From: Microthyrium microscopicum
Taxonomy: Eukaryota
Length of the DNA: 64,000 bases
Assembly: GCA_010405405.1 (NCBI GenBank)
Contig: MU004233.1
Location: 943,122 to 1,007,121 of the forward strand
Direction: 5' to 3'
How positions within the stretch are numbered: position 1 is the stretch's first letter; each line of letters opens with the position of its first letter. Both the position numbers and the translations under genes were made by a program. Positions 1 to 13,278 of this stretch are shown here, piece by piece. The notes under the pieces are model-generated. The model ran no database searches. It was given only the letters and a program-made list of their open reading frames with translations, and had not been told where the DNA came from.

Positions 1-900
1 GAGGAAGGTGCCCTATAGTAGAGGTTGATCAATTTAGATCAGAGAGAGGAGCAAGGCTGAAACAGCGCCAGCGGAAAGTTAACAATAGAGAAGACGGGCC
101 ATGCCCAAGTGGACCGAGAGACGAGGCCCTGAATTAGTTGAGAGGAGGTGAGTTTGGAGATAATGGGGGTTGGCGATATCACTTTCTCAGGGCGCAGGAA
201 CGGACATGGACAGAAAGTGAGAGGAGATGGCGATATGCGAACAAGGCAAAGTGTGTGCAGTAGCCAGGAACGGAGGATGAATAAAATGGGAAGGGAGCGG
301 GAAAGGAAGTAATTAGAGAGAAGCCGTGGAAGGGGTTGGAGAATAGATGAGATGTTGGTGGTAAGAAGCCAAGTGGTGGATATGTGGAGAGAGTAGGTTG
401 GCTGGTGGTGAGAGGCGACTCGGGGCACTGGAGAGGTGGGAGGAGTAAAGTGAGATTGTGAGATGATGCGGCGACTCTGATGTTGAGAGAGTAGAGAGCT
501 GGTGGGGGATATGCTACCGTAACCAGGCCTGATGGATGCTGCTGGGGCGTACAGGTAGCGGGACCTGTAAGTTGTAAGGTTAGTTAGTAGTAGAGTAGTA
601 ACTGAGACTAGAGGCGAGAGGCTAGAGTATATCTGCAAGGACTTTGAAGAGGAACAGGTACAAACACAGGTACGGAACTAGCACCAGGATCATAAAAAGG
701 TACTCTAATCTAGGTCGGATATGGGAGATGGTTGGGAGCCAGACCGTATTACTCTGTCACTCGCCTGTCTTGGTATCTTGGAAGAAACAATAGTGGTATT
801 AATGAGCATTAGAATATGGTACAGAAGACCGATGGACACATTGGCTACAGGCACACTATCCTAATACTATTCTATTTGTGCTGCACCGTTGTAATAGTTT
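1..900. repeat. Possible degenerate, RIP-affected repeat or TE relic truncated by the window edge
   Basis: Strong purine bias on + and a TpA/TAG-rich stretch near 570-900. No recognisable protein motif in the 39..638 ORF. Confidence 0.25.
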
Positions 901-3473
901 TGAAATTGGTGGCCAGAAACCTCACTTTCTAAAAACACAAACACCAAGTACAAACACGGCTTGAGTCGGAACAGGACTTAGACGCGAGATGCAAAAGAGG
1001 AGGCGAGTATAAAACGGTGATAGATTTCAACAGGCAAAAATACAAAAGAGGCTGATAGAAAGCCTCGAGAAGCGAGCCAGAAAAGGAATCTCGGAGGCTG
1101 GCAAGCAGCACGCACGCTGGGCGGGATCGCACTCGATGGGCATTGGCAGCATCAACCAACCCACCCACCACTCTGGCACACCACCATCAACTTTTCAAGA
1201 ATCCATCAAATCCACTTTAATCCTCCAACTACCAACTGCACAAGATGCTTTGCGTCTCCTCTCCTCGCAGCCTCGCAGCATCGCATGGCACTTCCGCCTT
1301 GCGCCCATCCAATCTAATCGCTTACTCGCGCATCTGGTACCTCGACTTCTTACCAACAAAGTCTGATACCAACGCGGCCACTTTCCTTTTGCATGCAAAG
1401 CTAACAATCCTGTGCCTGTACCCCAGCGTAGCGCTTGTTCCTCGACACACACTAAAAATCATTTCACGAGCCTGTCGCCCATCATCAACTGTAGTCTGTT
1501 CCCCAGCCTGGTCAGTTGACGGCCTTGTTTCCGTTTCCTAGCATTTTCTTTGGATGATTATTCTGAGTTGTTTCGTTTTTTTGGCCACGCAAGGCAGAGG
1601 ACGAGGCAACTGCAACATTGCAACACTTGCACTGCTTTTACTGTTGTCGTAATTGAGACCTTTTTAAGAACATCATGGCGCTTTGAGCTTTATTCTGTGA
1701 ATCCTTCCAACTTGTTTCGATCAGAATCAGCGAATAACTTGTCGTTGTTTTGTCGAGTCACTGCACAAACTACGATTTCAACCAGGATGTATGGCGCTTG
1801 CAAGACAGAGATGCATTAAACATCCACACCACTTGTCTCCTAGACGCTGTGGTGATTGATTGTAATGCCGTGAGATGATATTCGAGAATATACATTAGAC
1901 TTCAAATACTCATGGAAAATAAATCTCAAATGCGTAGAACCACTGCGTATAAAAAATGTTGCAGGAGTCGTCGGAAGAACGGCTAGCGGAGGCAGGGACA
2001 TACGGAGTAGTGGGGCATAAAATCAAAAATGGCGGGCGGGCAAGGCTGGAAAAAGCACCCCTCGCGATTTTGCCATGGATGTTGACTCCATCCTCAACCA
2101 CCTTTTTGTCTCCATACTACCAAAGCGGTATAAATCTCTCCAAATTGAGCATATCTACCAGCGGTCCAACAGACGATTCATATAATCGCCAGTACCTCAC
2201 CCAGATCGGACGACAAGCCTATGCGTCCCATCGCCAAGCCCCCGCAACCAGACTGAATATGATGACGAACAAGATAGTGGCGAGCATGCTCTAGAGTATC
2301 TACCACACCCCAGGCAGCAAGCCAGGTGTGGAGGGGATCTCTTCTGTCCAGTCCAACACGGCCTCCGTATTGGTTGGCCTGCTTTTCTGCAGTATGCAGC
2401 AAGCTTGTGGTGTCCGGTCAGCATTCGCATGCAGGCACGACAGGCACAGCAAATCGCCGGCACGGGCGCAAGCGGGAAGGAAAGGGAGCAGCGATTTTTT
2501 CCATGACCTTGGATAATCCATGATTGGACATGGGTTGGGCAAGGCTGTGGAGTAGGTATTTGATGTGCCACTGGTCCCACTGCAGCAAACATCGCTTGCG
2601 TGAGGCCAGAACTTTTTTTTGCGTGTACCTCGAGCTTGAATGATGGGGTCCAGAAAATTGTTCGAAACATGTCTTTCTTCGAGGAAATCCTGGTTCGAGC
2701 CTGCGTGGCAGTGTTGCCCTCTGGATGAGCGGTAGATATTTCTTTTGGTGTCCCTGCATAGGGAGGTGTGGATGAATTCTTGGGAAACACGACAGATCCG
2801 TCGTATCCTAGCAAGACCTTTGCAATATCATCGGAGGCCGGCGCAATTCTCGGTATTGAATTACGCGCCAGCCTTCCAGCAGCAGTAGCAATGCAAAATC
2901 GTGGTTCGTGGTTCGTGGTTCCGTTACCTTGATCAAGAGTCGCAAACTGCCGCCCATCTCCGCCTCTCCACCGCATTGCGTTCAAGAAAACAGTTGCATG
3001 CATTCCGCATAAATTTCAACTGCCCAGACTATGCACTATCTAAATGGCCAGATCCCATCGAGCCAAACCAACACGAGCAAGTCTAAGATTCGCCATATCA
3101 GCCGCCCGCAAATATCTTAGCAAAAGGCAGGAAAAGTAAGACAGGTACCTTTTCTCACGACCCCTGCATGCAACCTTGCTGCGGACTTTTTGCGACTACG
3201 GAGTGCTTTACACGCCGACAATTCGCCTTTGCTCTTCTCGTACCTTGCCTTGATTTGGCATGGTTCCGGGCTGCCCTTGAAATTTTGTGTAGAAAATAGA
3301 CTGGGTCCGGAGAGACTGGGTAGAGAGGCATGTGTGCTCCATGTGCTGAGCCATCGGGGCGGGTTTTTTGCTGGTGAGATTGGTGAGTTGTGTTGATGGC
3401 ACCTGATTTTCCTCCTTTCAGAAATGATGTATACCATCTGCTAAGCTAAATTGTTGAGCGCTTTCATCTTATT

Positions 3474-3583
3474 CGGTGTTACGAGTGCGTAAAGCCTCTC
3501 AATCATTTTATCATGATGAAGTGCGATGAAAGACATCCCAACTGCTCGCCTGCGCTGAGGCTAAGAGCAAAGCGGCACGAGTA
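3474..3583 (+). pseudogene. Relic Zn2Cys6 binuclear cluster fragment
   Basis: In-frame RCYECVKPLNHFIMMKCDERHPNCS resembles C-x2-C...KCDE-x-P-x-C. A further Cys appears only after a frameshift, and there is no downstream ORF. Confidence 0.3.
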
Positions 3584-5067
3584 AAGTGCGGTCAAAACTT
3601 CTACGGAGGCTCAGTCGCCGAATAGCAAAGCGATACCCGCCATTATACCCATGCGCCATAAACTCGAGCCTCAACACCCACCCACACACGCCAACCCGCA
3701 ACTCCATAACATCACCTAACTCTTTCACATGACAGATCTCCACCCAGGTCCAGGCACTTACATGCAACTGCATAAGACCGCTTCTACCTGACTCGCCTAC
3801 CCAGCACCACTGCATCCCACGAACCCATTTCACCATGCTGTCCATCATTATTGAGCGCCTAACCCGGCAATAACCAGCCTTCCAACGAAATCCAGCTACT
3901 TTACAAAAAGTTCCGGAGGTCCGACATGCCGAATCCAACGCTGTATCGGTACCCGTGAGATCTGACTGACTGCCTTTGCGGATACGAATGGTTAAGTGCC
4001 CGTGCATGTGTAAACCCCAGTGTCCCCAGCCGAGCGCCGTTGATCGTGCAGGGAGGGAGGGCCAGGACAGGCACGGTCTTTGAGTGTGGTCAGGGTTCTA
4101 CTTATAGGTATACGGACCAGCAGGTGCTACATAGATATAAGAAGTAGGTACTAGTTGGTAAATGGAGAATGATATAGCATCTCAAACAAGTATCAATCGT
4201 AGCGTCCCTATAACATCTTCATAAAAGTCGCACTCTCCCCAGACCAAATCCAGCCCCATCTCCGCCTGCCAAACTGTAGCGCCAAAGCAAGATATATGAA
4301 CCGTCATTCAGCCAATGCAAATGCTAAATATACCGAACCCTTTTCGGATCAACCAACCGGGCAACAGCATCAGCAATATATATTGCTATCATTGACCATC
4401 TACTGAACTACACCATGAATACTATAGCCAAACCCCGCGTCTATCCTGCCCTGTCCATCATATACGCCCGGCAAACGAGCCCTTGGGGCTTTTCGACCCT
4501 GGACGCTGGGTACCTGGGGAACAGGAAGCGCGGGCCGCATTGGATATGAATAGGAGATAGGTAGTAACGGGTGTGGGTTTAGGTGAAGGGTGAAGATTGA
4601 TGAGCGGTACTGTATCGCGGACAGGGGCAAGTTGTGGTTGCAGTCTGGATGCAATATTGGACATGATATTGGACGTAAGGAGTCTGAAACGACGTAGTCG
4701 GAGTAGCAGTTGCAAACTGGAAGGCGCATGAGCGTAAAGAACGATGCTATGTGGTGTTAATAGTTCAGTAGTTATGTCGTGATGATAGGACCAGACATGT
4801 TGTGAAGGCGAGTAAACATTGCACAACGGCCTAGACAAAACGGCGCAAGGAGTCTAGAGATTTGAGTTCCATTGGCTATAGAATAAAACAAAAAAAAAAC
4901 GACGACTTTGTTGGTAATCTGCAGTGCTACACTTAAACCAGCCCATCCCTTGCCACGCTCTTCACCGTGTTCCGCCATCAATGCCATGCCCAACCAGGAA
5001 AGAGAGCGAGACCCTCCAACATGGTTTCCAGGCTCATGGTGCCTTCATCATCGTCAACTTGTCCAAC

Positions 5068-7852
5068 CTACTGGACGACCTGTGTACACATATTCAGTCA
5101 GGCCATGTACTAAGCACAAGGGGCACAATGGGCGCATCACATACCTTTTCACGCAACATGCCCAACCACTGCGGCGCACTCGCTCCGCCATCGCTACGAT
5201 CCTCCACCAGCAGCGTCTGCGCCCATAGCTTCAGACTAGGTTCGCCATCCTCGCGCACCACATATAGGGGCGGCACGGTAATGCTGCCTACGCCCTTGGC
5301 GCGATGATCGCGGCTCTTTTCGATAACTGCGCGCACGCGCTCGCTAAAGTCGTTATCGAGTTCGGGCATCAGTGTCTTGCCCTGGTTGACAGCCATCTTG
5401 TCTTCGACGCCGAACACGTCTGCAATGAGTGCGGGTACGGCATCACGACCGAGCCACAGGAATTGCGTCTGACCATCGTCGATGAGGTACAGACCAAATG
5501 GCACGATGCGCTCAGAGGACAGGTTTTGTGCAGGTGGGAGGACAACTTCGTTGGTCTCGGGATCGGGCACACCAGCGCTGTCGGGCATGTCGTGTAGCGA
5601 GTAGACGCGGGGATAGATATACTGCATCAAGAGGGGTAGAGGGATCGTGGAAAGTAGACAGAGCGCGGCGGAACGTAAGTCAGTGGGAATTTGTGCGGAT
5701 TTGCGTAGACCAAGCTAGATGGATATTAGTAATGGTCCTTTGGTGATACTAAGTAGACGTACGTGTTTCATCAATCCAAGGAATAATATGGGTAAAGCTC
5801 GAAGGTTAGCTGGTAGTTGTAATCCACCTCCACCCATGTTGCCTCCGGCAAGTTCTTTTCTATATGTTTGCATAATCTCGATGACCTTGCTTTGAAGCGC
5901 ATCTCTTGCTGCTTCAAGCCCACTACCAAGGGCCCGTTCAACTGCTTTGTGGGCAAAGTAAGCGGTGATGGATTGCTGATCTGCTGATGAATAGACATTG
6001 GCCAAGGATTCCGTTGTTGGTAAGGCCAGTGTCATAACCCTTACACGTCGCTCGCCGTTACAAGTTGTGTGAAGAATAGCAGCTTGTAAAGAGACGTAAG
6101 GTTTCGACAGGTTCTCATCAATGGCAACTTCGACAACATATCCTTGATCGCGGGGGAAAGCCGGGAAAGCGCAGAGATCCGAACTACGATTGAAAAAGTT
6201 GCCATAAAATGCGTTCATCCTCAGACCAGTAGATGCGCGAACTCGAAGAACGGCCTCGAGGCCAATTTCAGCTGAAAGATAAGAGCCAAATTCGGTGGCG
6301 AACTTGATGGCATCTTCACTTTTTGCAGCGCTCCAACCAGGATAGAAGAACGTTTGTCCTCCGGTGTATCGAGGAAGATTGCTGAGAGACGCTACGTCTT
6401 GATATTGTGCCGAGAAAAGGAACATGTCAATCGAAACTTGTTGTTTGGAGCATTCAACCGCGAAGCTCTTATAAAAAGCGTTTCCGGTTTGAAGGAGTGC
6501 AGCTTCTTTGCTTGTGCCCAAGGCCTTCTTATCCTCTCTCATTTCAAGCTTACCGTGTCCCATATTTGGCAAAGTCGCGCTCAAAACCGAAAGCTTGCCG
6601 CCAGTGGAGGAGACAAGACGAAGACCAGCGCGCAAAGCGGATCCCATTGCGCATCCAGTGTTTTGGGTATCTTTGAACATTGATTGCAGTTTGCCCAAGA
6701 ATGACTCAATGTTTTGTCTGCATGCTATCAAATTGACCACCAAGTCCTCGGGAGTGGGAAGAAAAGGCTCGTCAAGATCGCTGACCACCAACATCTTAGG
6801 ATCAGTGGGCTCCGAGCCCTCCCCGCCATCTTGAGGAATACTAAAGTAATGCAGACTGGAATCAACCGCAAGGAATGCTAATTTCGTCCGACCGTCAGCG
6901 TTTGGAATCCGATCAAGGCTTTCCAATATAGAGCGCGCTACCGTGGCAAGAAGTCCGCTAGTAACAGCGTTAAAGCTGACGTCTAGGAGAAAGACGTACG
7001 TGAGCGCTTGCGGTGGCCGAACCATATATTCCTGGGGAGCGATGAATTCGATTACCGAGTAGTTGAGTTCTGGTCGCTGCCATCGGTCCACACTCTGTTG
7101 CGCGGCGGCATCCCAATCGAAAGCTTGCGGGACATCATTTGCCAGATTGCACATGTTACATCTCCACCGATGTCCATGGTCTAGAAATGTAACAAAGGTG
7201 TTTATGTAAGATCGACAGCGGCGACAACGAGAGATGACTTGATCGGTGCAAACAGGGACAGGATCTTCAGCATCGTGTAGCGACGTATATGGTGTAAGTA
7301 TTAGCGCGAATGGGAGTTTTGACTTTTTGAGGAGTGAATGGGTAGTTGGCACGCAGTTGAGAGTTGAACGGATGTATTTTGGATCGCCATTCGCGTATGG
7401 AGAGGGGGTAACACTCGTCTGTGAAGGTTAGCCAGATGAGACACGAATGGCCAGCGCCGACATACATTAGGAGGTAAATGAATGGGTGGAGGAGGATTAT
7501 CGAGCTCCTGAACCGTGAAAGGTTGGCCAATGAGATCTGATGGGTAGAGTTGATTTGATGCCTGCGGAGGCATCTGAGCTGTAGGCTGTTGTGGAGCGCC
7601 TTGTATATTCATCTGGCCAAACTGTGATGCAAGCTGCTCTTGAGGCGCTGGGGCTATACCTGGAGCTCCCGGCATGACTGGAGCTCCAACCTGCGATACT
7701 GGCGTTGCCAGGCCCTGTGGGTTGCCCATCATAGGTGGTGGAGGTTGAGCTTGTTGCTGCTGTTGTAGGCCAGAGTTTTGACCGAAATCATATGCCTGCT
7801 GAGCATAGGCTCTCTTCTTTTTGGGGCCACCGGCCGCATTTTGTGCATCCAT
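5068..7852 (-). CDS. SEC24: COPII coat subunit Sec24. Introns ~7465-7419, 5762-5715, 5144-5080; ends ...MLREK|VVQ*
   Basis: Zn finger [10 protein letters not shown]...WRCNMC, trunk/v[31 protein letters not shown], gelsolin-like [13 protein letters not shown] introns join the ORFs in frame. Confidence 0.97.
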
Positions 7853-8703
7853 AGCGTATTGTTTGCGAGTGTTTGTTGTTTAGATGTGATGTCGGGGGAA
7901 GCTAAGGAGGGGTGTAAATGGTCAATTGGTAGAGAGGGAAACAGATCAGGTAGCGAGGTTTATAAGAGAGACTGGTGAAGGGACAGATGGCAAGACGGCA
8001 ATAGGCAGCTTAGTGATAGAGCAACATGGGGAAGATGAAGGCGACGGGAAGGACATTTAATGGTAAGAGCAGGTCGAGCTGTCTGTTAGCTGTGTACTCT
8101 GATGCCAAAGGCCACATGAACCATCAAATCCACTGCACAGACCTCAGCCGGAGCTCGGTACAACTAAAATCCGCCCATTGCTTCATCAGCCAATCGTGTC
8201 GTTCTGGTCCTTGCAAGGCTGAGATTCAGCCTGATTCCAGATTACACCCCTGGACATTCTGATGTTTGACAGAGCAGCAACGGAGCCATCTACTAGATTG
8301 ACAGAACTTGTCACACCCCCATCGACTTTACTGGCTTCCATCTAACACGTATTGTTATCAAGTGCTCTATTCACTAAAGCATGTCTTCATTCCTTGAGGT
8401 TTTAATGAGTGGAATGGGAAATATAGCATATTTTATTTAGAAATGTTGGAGGGAGCCATGCAAGTTGATGGATGGTACTTGATGCTCTCACGACAGCTTC
8501 AGGCTGCACTTTCGCCTCTACAACATTTGAGGCAATCGCTAACTGTCAAGGAAAGAGCTGCCAGTACTTCTCCTATCTTGACAATCTTCTCTTTGTTGAC
8601 CCGACTTCCAACCTTCCTCTCTCTTCTCTTCTCATCCTCGTCCGCTTAGAATTACCACATTTTTCATCCAAACCACCACATTCGTCCACTATATTTCTTT
8701 ATC

Positions 8704-10071
8704 ATGGCCACCACAGATACCACTGCTAGAAAGCTCCACATCGTTGACAATACCATCGTTGTTAAAGAAAGTATCCCACCTAAGGCGCCTCCAGAAAGGT
8801 TAAATGGGTTCAAAACACTCAGATGGTGGAGAAACAGGCCACCATCAAACGCTGCCGTATCCTTTGTGCGCAAGGAAGTGCTGGTCACCGGTGCAGATTC
8901 CGACCTTGGGCTGGAAGCAGCAGTGAAATATGCCAAAGCACATTGCACGCTGCTGATCCTCGGCGTCCGCACCGTAGAGAATGGCGAGCGAGCGAAAAAG
9001 AAGATCCTCAAGCGGTCGAAACGTCTCTGTGATAAATTCATCACAATCGTGGTTATGGACCTCTCTACCTCGTCAGCGGTTGAAAGGACGTTCACCGAGA
9101 TCCGCGGTGCGCTGAGCCAATATGAGCTGACACTCGACATCGCCTTGCTCTGTGACAGCCCAGTCGAACCCATACTCAAGCCCACCTATGACTGGGAAAC
9201 ACCGCTACAACTCCATACTCTTAGAACAGCATATCTGGCCTGGCTTCTTCTACCACTGATTAATACGGGAAAACCGAGCGAGCCGGGCCATCTGACTTTT
9301 GTCAACAGCACATCTCGAGGTATGAACAATGTCGCACGTCCCATCAGCCGTCATGGCTACAATCAGCCCGAACCAAGAGAGGATCTTGAAATTCCCATAG
9401 CACACTATGGGTGATGATTGGAAGCAATTTGAATCTAATGATGTCCAGGTGCGGTCCCGAGAAAATGGTTTCAAGACAATTTCTTGAGGAAAAAAGCGGC
9501 GAACTCATCGTATCCTTTACCGAAATCGTATCAAAGCGTCAAAATGCTGGGACTGGCTATCATGCAAGGTTTTGCGAGGATAGTCGACGTGACCACCTTC
9601 AACCACAGATCCTACCAAGTGGTTGTCAACGCATGCTGTCCATATCTATGCAAAAGCAACCTAGGACGCAACTTTCCTCTACACGTACCTGGCACAATCA
9701 ATCCGCTTCAATACATACTTGCTCGCTCAGCCAAAGAAGGGGCAAGAACTCTTGTCAGTGCTACCGCATTAGACCACGATGGTCACCGGGGCTTTTAGCA
9801 AAATGACACTTTGACAGCGTAGGTAGGCTTTTTGACTTGCCATAACAAGCATGCTGACCTGCAAAGGGGTACCGAGGGTCCATTGGACGACTACATGCAA
9901 CAGATTTAGGAAGCGGCTGTTGACTGGCTTGTCGAGGACGGATGTACAGATCTCCTCAATGCACTAAATGAGGAAAAGGCAAGGACAGAGTCTGGTCAAA
10001 GTGAAAGCACAAGCACTCTGGTCCATCAAATTACTCGCGGGGAGCCTCATCCTGGAACACTCGTTGGATAG
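8704..10071 (+). pseudogene. Short-chain dehydrogenase/reductase-like gene with two in-frame TAG codons (9796-9798, 9907-9909). Introns ~9320-9448 and ~9819-9866
   Basis: VLVTGADSDLGLEAA (degenerate TGxxxGxG), LILGVR, MDLS, LTFVNS, catalytic YQSVK, NACCPYLCKSNLGR, ARSAKEGARTLVSA, then GF*QND and QI*EA. Confidence 0.75.
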
Positions 10072-11943
10072 TTTAGGCAGTAATTATTCGTATCAAACAT
10101 AACACACTATTCCATCGAGTCTGATGGCTCCCATCAACGCTGCTAAATATAAGATGAGGTATTGCCCGTTGTAATCTATAAAGTGCCGAGAATTAAACGT
10201 CCTCCATAAGAATTGAAACACTCGATGACATTCGCGGTAGATGGCAGCCATCGTATTTCATGGGAGAACTCTACTTGTCCTGTCTAGCCAGCAAAGCTGA
10301 AGTGGTCACGACAATTGCTTTCTCCTCGTTGGTAATTGTCGCAATTTGGATACTTTCACACGTTAACCAGGTTAATTGTGCCGTTATCGCATTCCAAGTG
10401 GTTAAACAAAATAAACGGCATGATCCTATCAAAGGCAAGGTCTAGCACCGCACCTCATAACAAGAGTATATTTAACGTCCCATCTCAAATCGATAATCTT
10501 CTTGACTGTGCACGGACTCGGATTAGAGACTTCGGCAGCAAAACGTAACACATGAGAGCCATCGAAGAAGCTGATGGGAAGCGCCATGTATCTGGTTCAA
10601 AGCTTGGCATATATCACGACGCATATTGTCCAGACAGACAATGAGTTGGCAGCTTGATGGCGCGCTCCCATCAGCTAAGGTGTCTCCAATCGCACATTAT
10701 GACGAATATATGCATTGTTTGCGGGCACATGCAATGGGGAATTAAATATCTTTATACTGTCAGAGGAACTTAAAGCACCCGATGATTGAGAGCAACGGAT
10801 GTGGCAGACACCGTACTTCATGGGAGTTGCCAGTCACTTGATCGATCCTTCGAAAGGTCCATATGTGCAATCGATACATTCACCCAGATGAAAGCGCCGC
10901 GGATACGCAAGAGAACCGGTGGAAAGATTGAATGACATGAACCCATCACTTGCGACGTATGTCATCTGATGAAGAGTGGAGGCACTACTCCGTATTGTCC
11001 ATCTTACGCGATTGCCTTGACCCTTTCCTGCATAGTCGATGGGCAACTCAATAGTCGAGACCAGAAGAAAGTTGGTGGGAGCCAGCAGAGTTGATCGGGT
11101 GAGTCATTCATTTTTACCATCTGTTGGCATGGCTACCTGGATAGGTATGGGGAAGGTAGATGTATCTTGCTGGGAAGATATCAAGATGCGGTCGTAGGGA
11201 CTTGGCGGATCGATTGAAATCTTGTCATCAGCTGAAGAACCTACGGAAGGGATGTGAATACATGGAGTTCTCAAGGAGCAAGGTGCGACACGGTGGCCAG
11301 TGTTGAGTGCAATCAAAGAATTGAACAAAGGGTAGATAAGAGACCACAAATGCCACGGCGGATTACAAACTTGGATGGACAATCGAGTGTATCTCGAAGC
11401 CAGCGGTAGAGACGTTAGACGAGCTGAAGATGGAACAGAGCTCGATGATCGGCTATGACTGCTCAATTAGGACTAATTGTCGGACGCTAGTCGCCGGAAA
11501 CGGGATCGGGCGCTCCCGCACTCGTTGCTTGCTCATCTTCGGCACATGGATTCCATGAAAGCAAAAAAACATAATTTTGTATGAATCTGTCAATCATATT
11601 TTGCCTGTTCCTCAAATGAGAGCACTAGTGAAGCGCTCTCGGTATAGTTAGTAGAACTATCAGAACACGAGTGAAGTGAACTGGTGCTTAGTTACAAGTC
11701 AGTAATTGTCTCCAGGTATGTACTAGCAGAGTACTCACTAGCCAGCCTTTCTAGCTGAAGCATAAGAAAGAAGTGGGTTTCAATCCAAGCTTAATCAATT
11801 CTTGCATGGGAATAAGATATTCGGTCTGATTTTTTCTTTTGCATTTTTAAACTATGGCACTACATCGTATATAAATTCGTTCACCCGGCTCTTTGTCAAT
11901 TTAGTTCCCACGCAATCCAACAGCACTTCTTACTCTTTCAATC

Positions 11944-13278
11944 TTACTCGTCATCATAGTGAGGACATCCCCACATGTCATGGCCAACTCCTGTTTTATC
12001 GCAAACAGTACAGATCAAGTCATTGTTTTCAACATGGGCATATAGGCATTGCTGCGCAACGCATGTCTTCCATTTGCAAAGCACAAACTTCTTTCCGGCC
12101 CTCTTGTTTCCATAGAGCTTTACGTATTCCAAATCTTCGGTGATGTGCTTAAAGGTACACTTGTTGTCTTTGGATTTTGCGCAGAACTTTCCCCACGCGC
12201 ATCGCTTTTGATATTTTGACTGCATAGCTGCCTGCCGATTCTTGAATCGGTTCGCCTCGCCTTGCACCTTAGTGAATCCATCGTCGGTCAGGTCTTGCCC
12301 TTCAGTGCTGGGGAGAAGGTTCTTGGCTTCCGAACGTTTGAGCTCATCGAATTGGTTAAAGATCTTCAACTCGAACTTGATTGCGCCCTTCTTGCCGTGT
12401 AGGGCAGAGTACTCAAAATAGGTGTAGACATCGATATTGAAAAGCCCGAGGGTCTTCTTCATTTCTTGATATGCCTTCGTCAACTGCTCATGACCGAGTT
12501 TATCTGCACTTGCAGGAATAATAATAAGGTCGTTGCTGGTCGCTCCTTCACGCTTTGGCGAAATAATATGGCGAAGACTGGACAATTTAAGACTTTGAAT
12601 GCATGCATCAATAACGTCAGATTGAGGAAGCGGATCCAGTATCACAATACTGTATGGGCTTATAAGACTCTTTTCAGTATCGAAACACGTCTCATTGTAT
12701 CCAATCTCTTTTAGAAGATTGTCAAGGAGGTGAACTGTAATCATATCTGTCGACTTGTAGACATTTGATAGACTGTCCTTCCACGAAAATACAGACATTC
12801 TCTTGTTTCTGTTGACAACCTTTTCAACTGCTGCGTATAAGTCCTTGTCTCCAGAGACAAGAACAAACTCGCTCAAAACGCCATTATAATAGTCGTCGAG
12901 AGCATCCTCAACAATGTCCGTGGCAATCGCTACATCAACAAGCTTCTCCATGCCAGTCCATGTGCTTCGTGGATAAGTTGTGACATTCAAGCCCTGAAAC
13001 TTCATTACTTCTAAAATGGCATTGCCAGCTTTAGAAGACATTGATCCATAAAGATTAAACTCAAAGTTCGCTGATGTAGGAAAGCCTCTTGTAAGAACTG
13101 ATCCAAGCTTAGAGAAGTCTAGTCTCCAAGTAGGATCTGATTCTGTTTTTAAGCGCTTTTCCCGGGCAGATAATTTCTGTCCTTGCAGCCATAAATTGGA
13201 ATTATCAATATAGATTCTAATGTTGAGCTCATCATCACAAACAGGTGATTTGAGAGCGCCTTTAATTTTATTTGGCAT
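11944..13278 (-). CDS. NYN (LabA/DUF88 PIN-like) ribonuclease-domain protein with two C-terminal CCCH zinc fingers and a CCHC knuckle; intronless, 444 aa
   Basis: IYIDNSN, WRLDFSKL, LYGS, EKLVDVAIATD, LVSGDKD, VFSW. Zinc motifs: C-x5-C-x7-C-x3-H, C-x4-C-x4-C-x3-H, C-x2-C-x6-H-x4-C. Confidence 0.85.
   Translation of the reverse strand: MPNKIKGALKSPVCDDELNIRIYIDNSNLWLQGQKLSAREKRLKTESDPTWRLDFSKLGSVLTRGFPTSANFEFNLYGSMSSKAGNAILEVMKFQGLNVTTYPRSTWTGMEKLVDVAIATDIVEDALDDYYNGVLSEFVLVSGDKDLYAAVEKVVNRNKRMSVFSWKDSLSNVYKSTDMITVHLLDNLLKEIGYNETCFDTEKSLISPYSIVILDPLPQSDVIDACIQSLKLSSLRHIISPKREGATSNDLIIIPASADKLGHEQLTKAYQEMKKTLGLFNIDVYTYFEYSALHGKKGAIKFELKIFNQFDELKRSEAKNLLPSTEGQDLTDDGFTKVQGEANRFKNRQAAMQSKYQKRCAWGKFCAKSKDNKCTFKHITEDLEYVKLYGNKRAGKKFVLCKWKTCVAQQCLYAHVENNDLICTVCDKTGVGHDMWGCPHYDDE

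Noticed and set aside
1200..1900. Intron-like signal (GTACCT...GCTAAC...CAG) and C/D-box-like words
   Set aside because: No guide complementarity or terminal stem could be verified, so no snoRNA is called.
2197..3003. 268-aa minus-strand ORF
   Set aside because: No motif, composition looks random, and several overlapping ORFs are equally plausible. Cannot support it as a gene.
4978..5070. Tandem acceptor or short in-frame extension after the SEC24 stop
   Set aside because: VVQ* is a plausible Sec24 end, and a ~29-codon extension is expected by chance.
10200..11560. Coding-like fragments next to the NYN gene; search for TIRs or Helitron ends around it
   Set aside because: Frames are broken by stops with no recognisable family, and no convincing element termini were found by eye.
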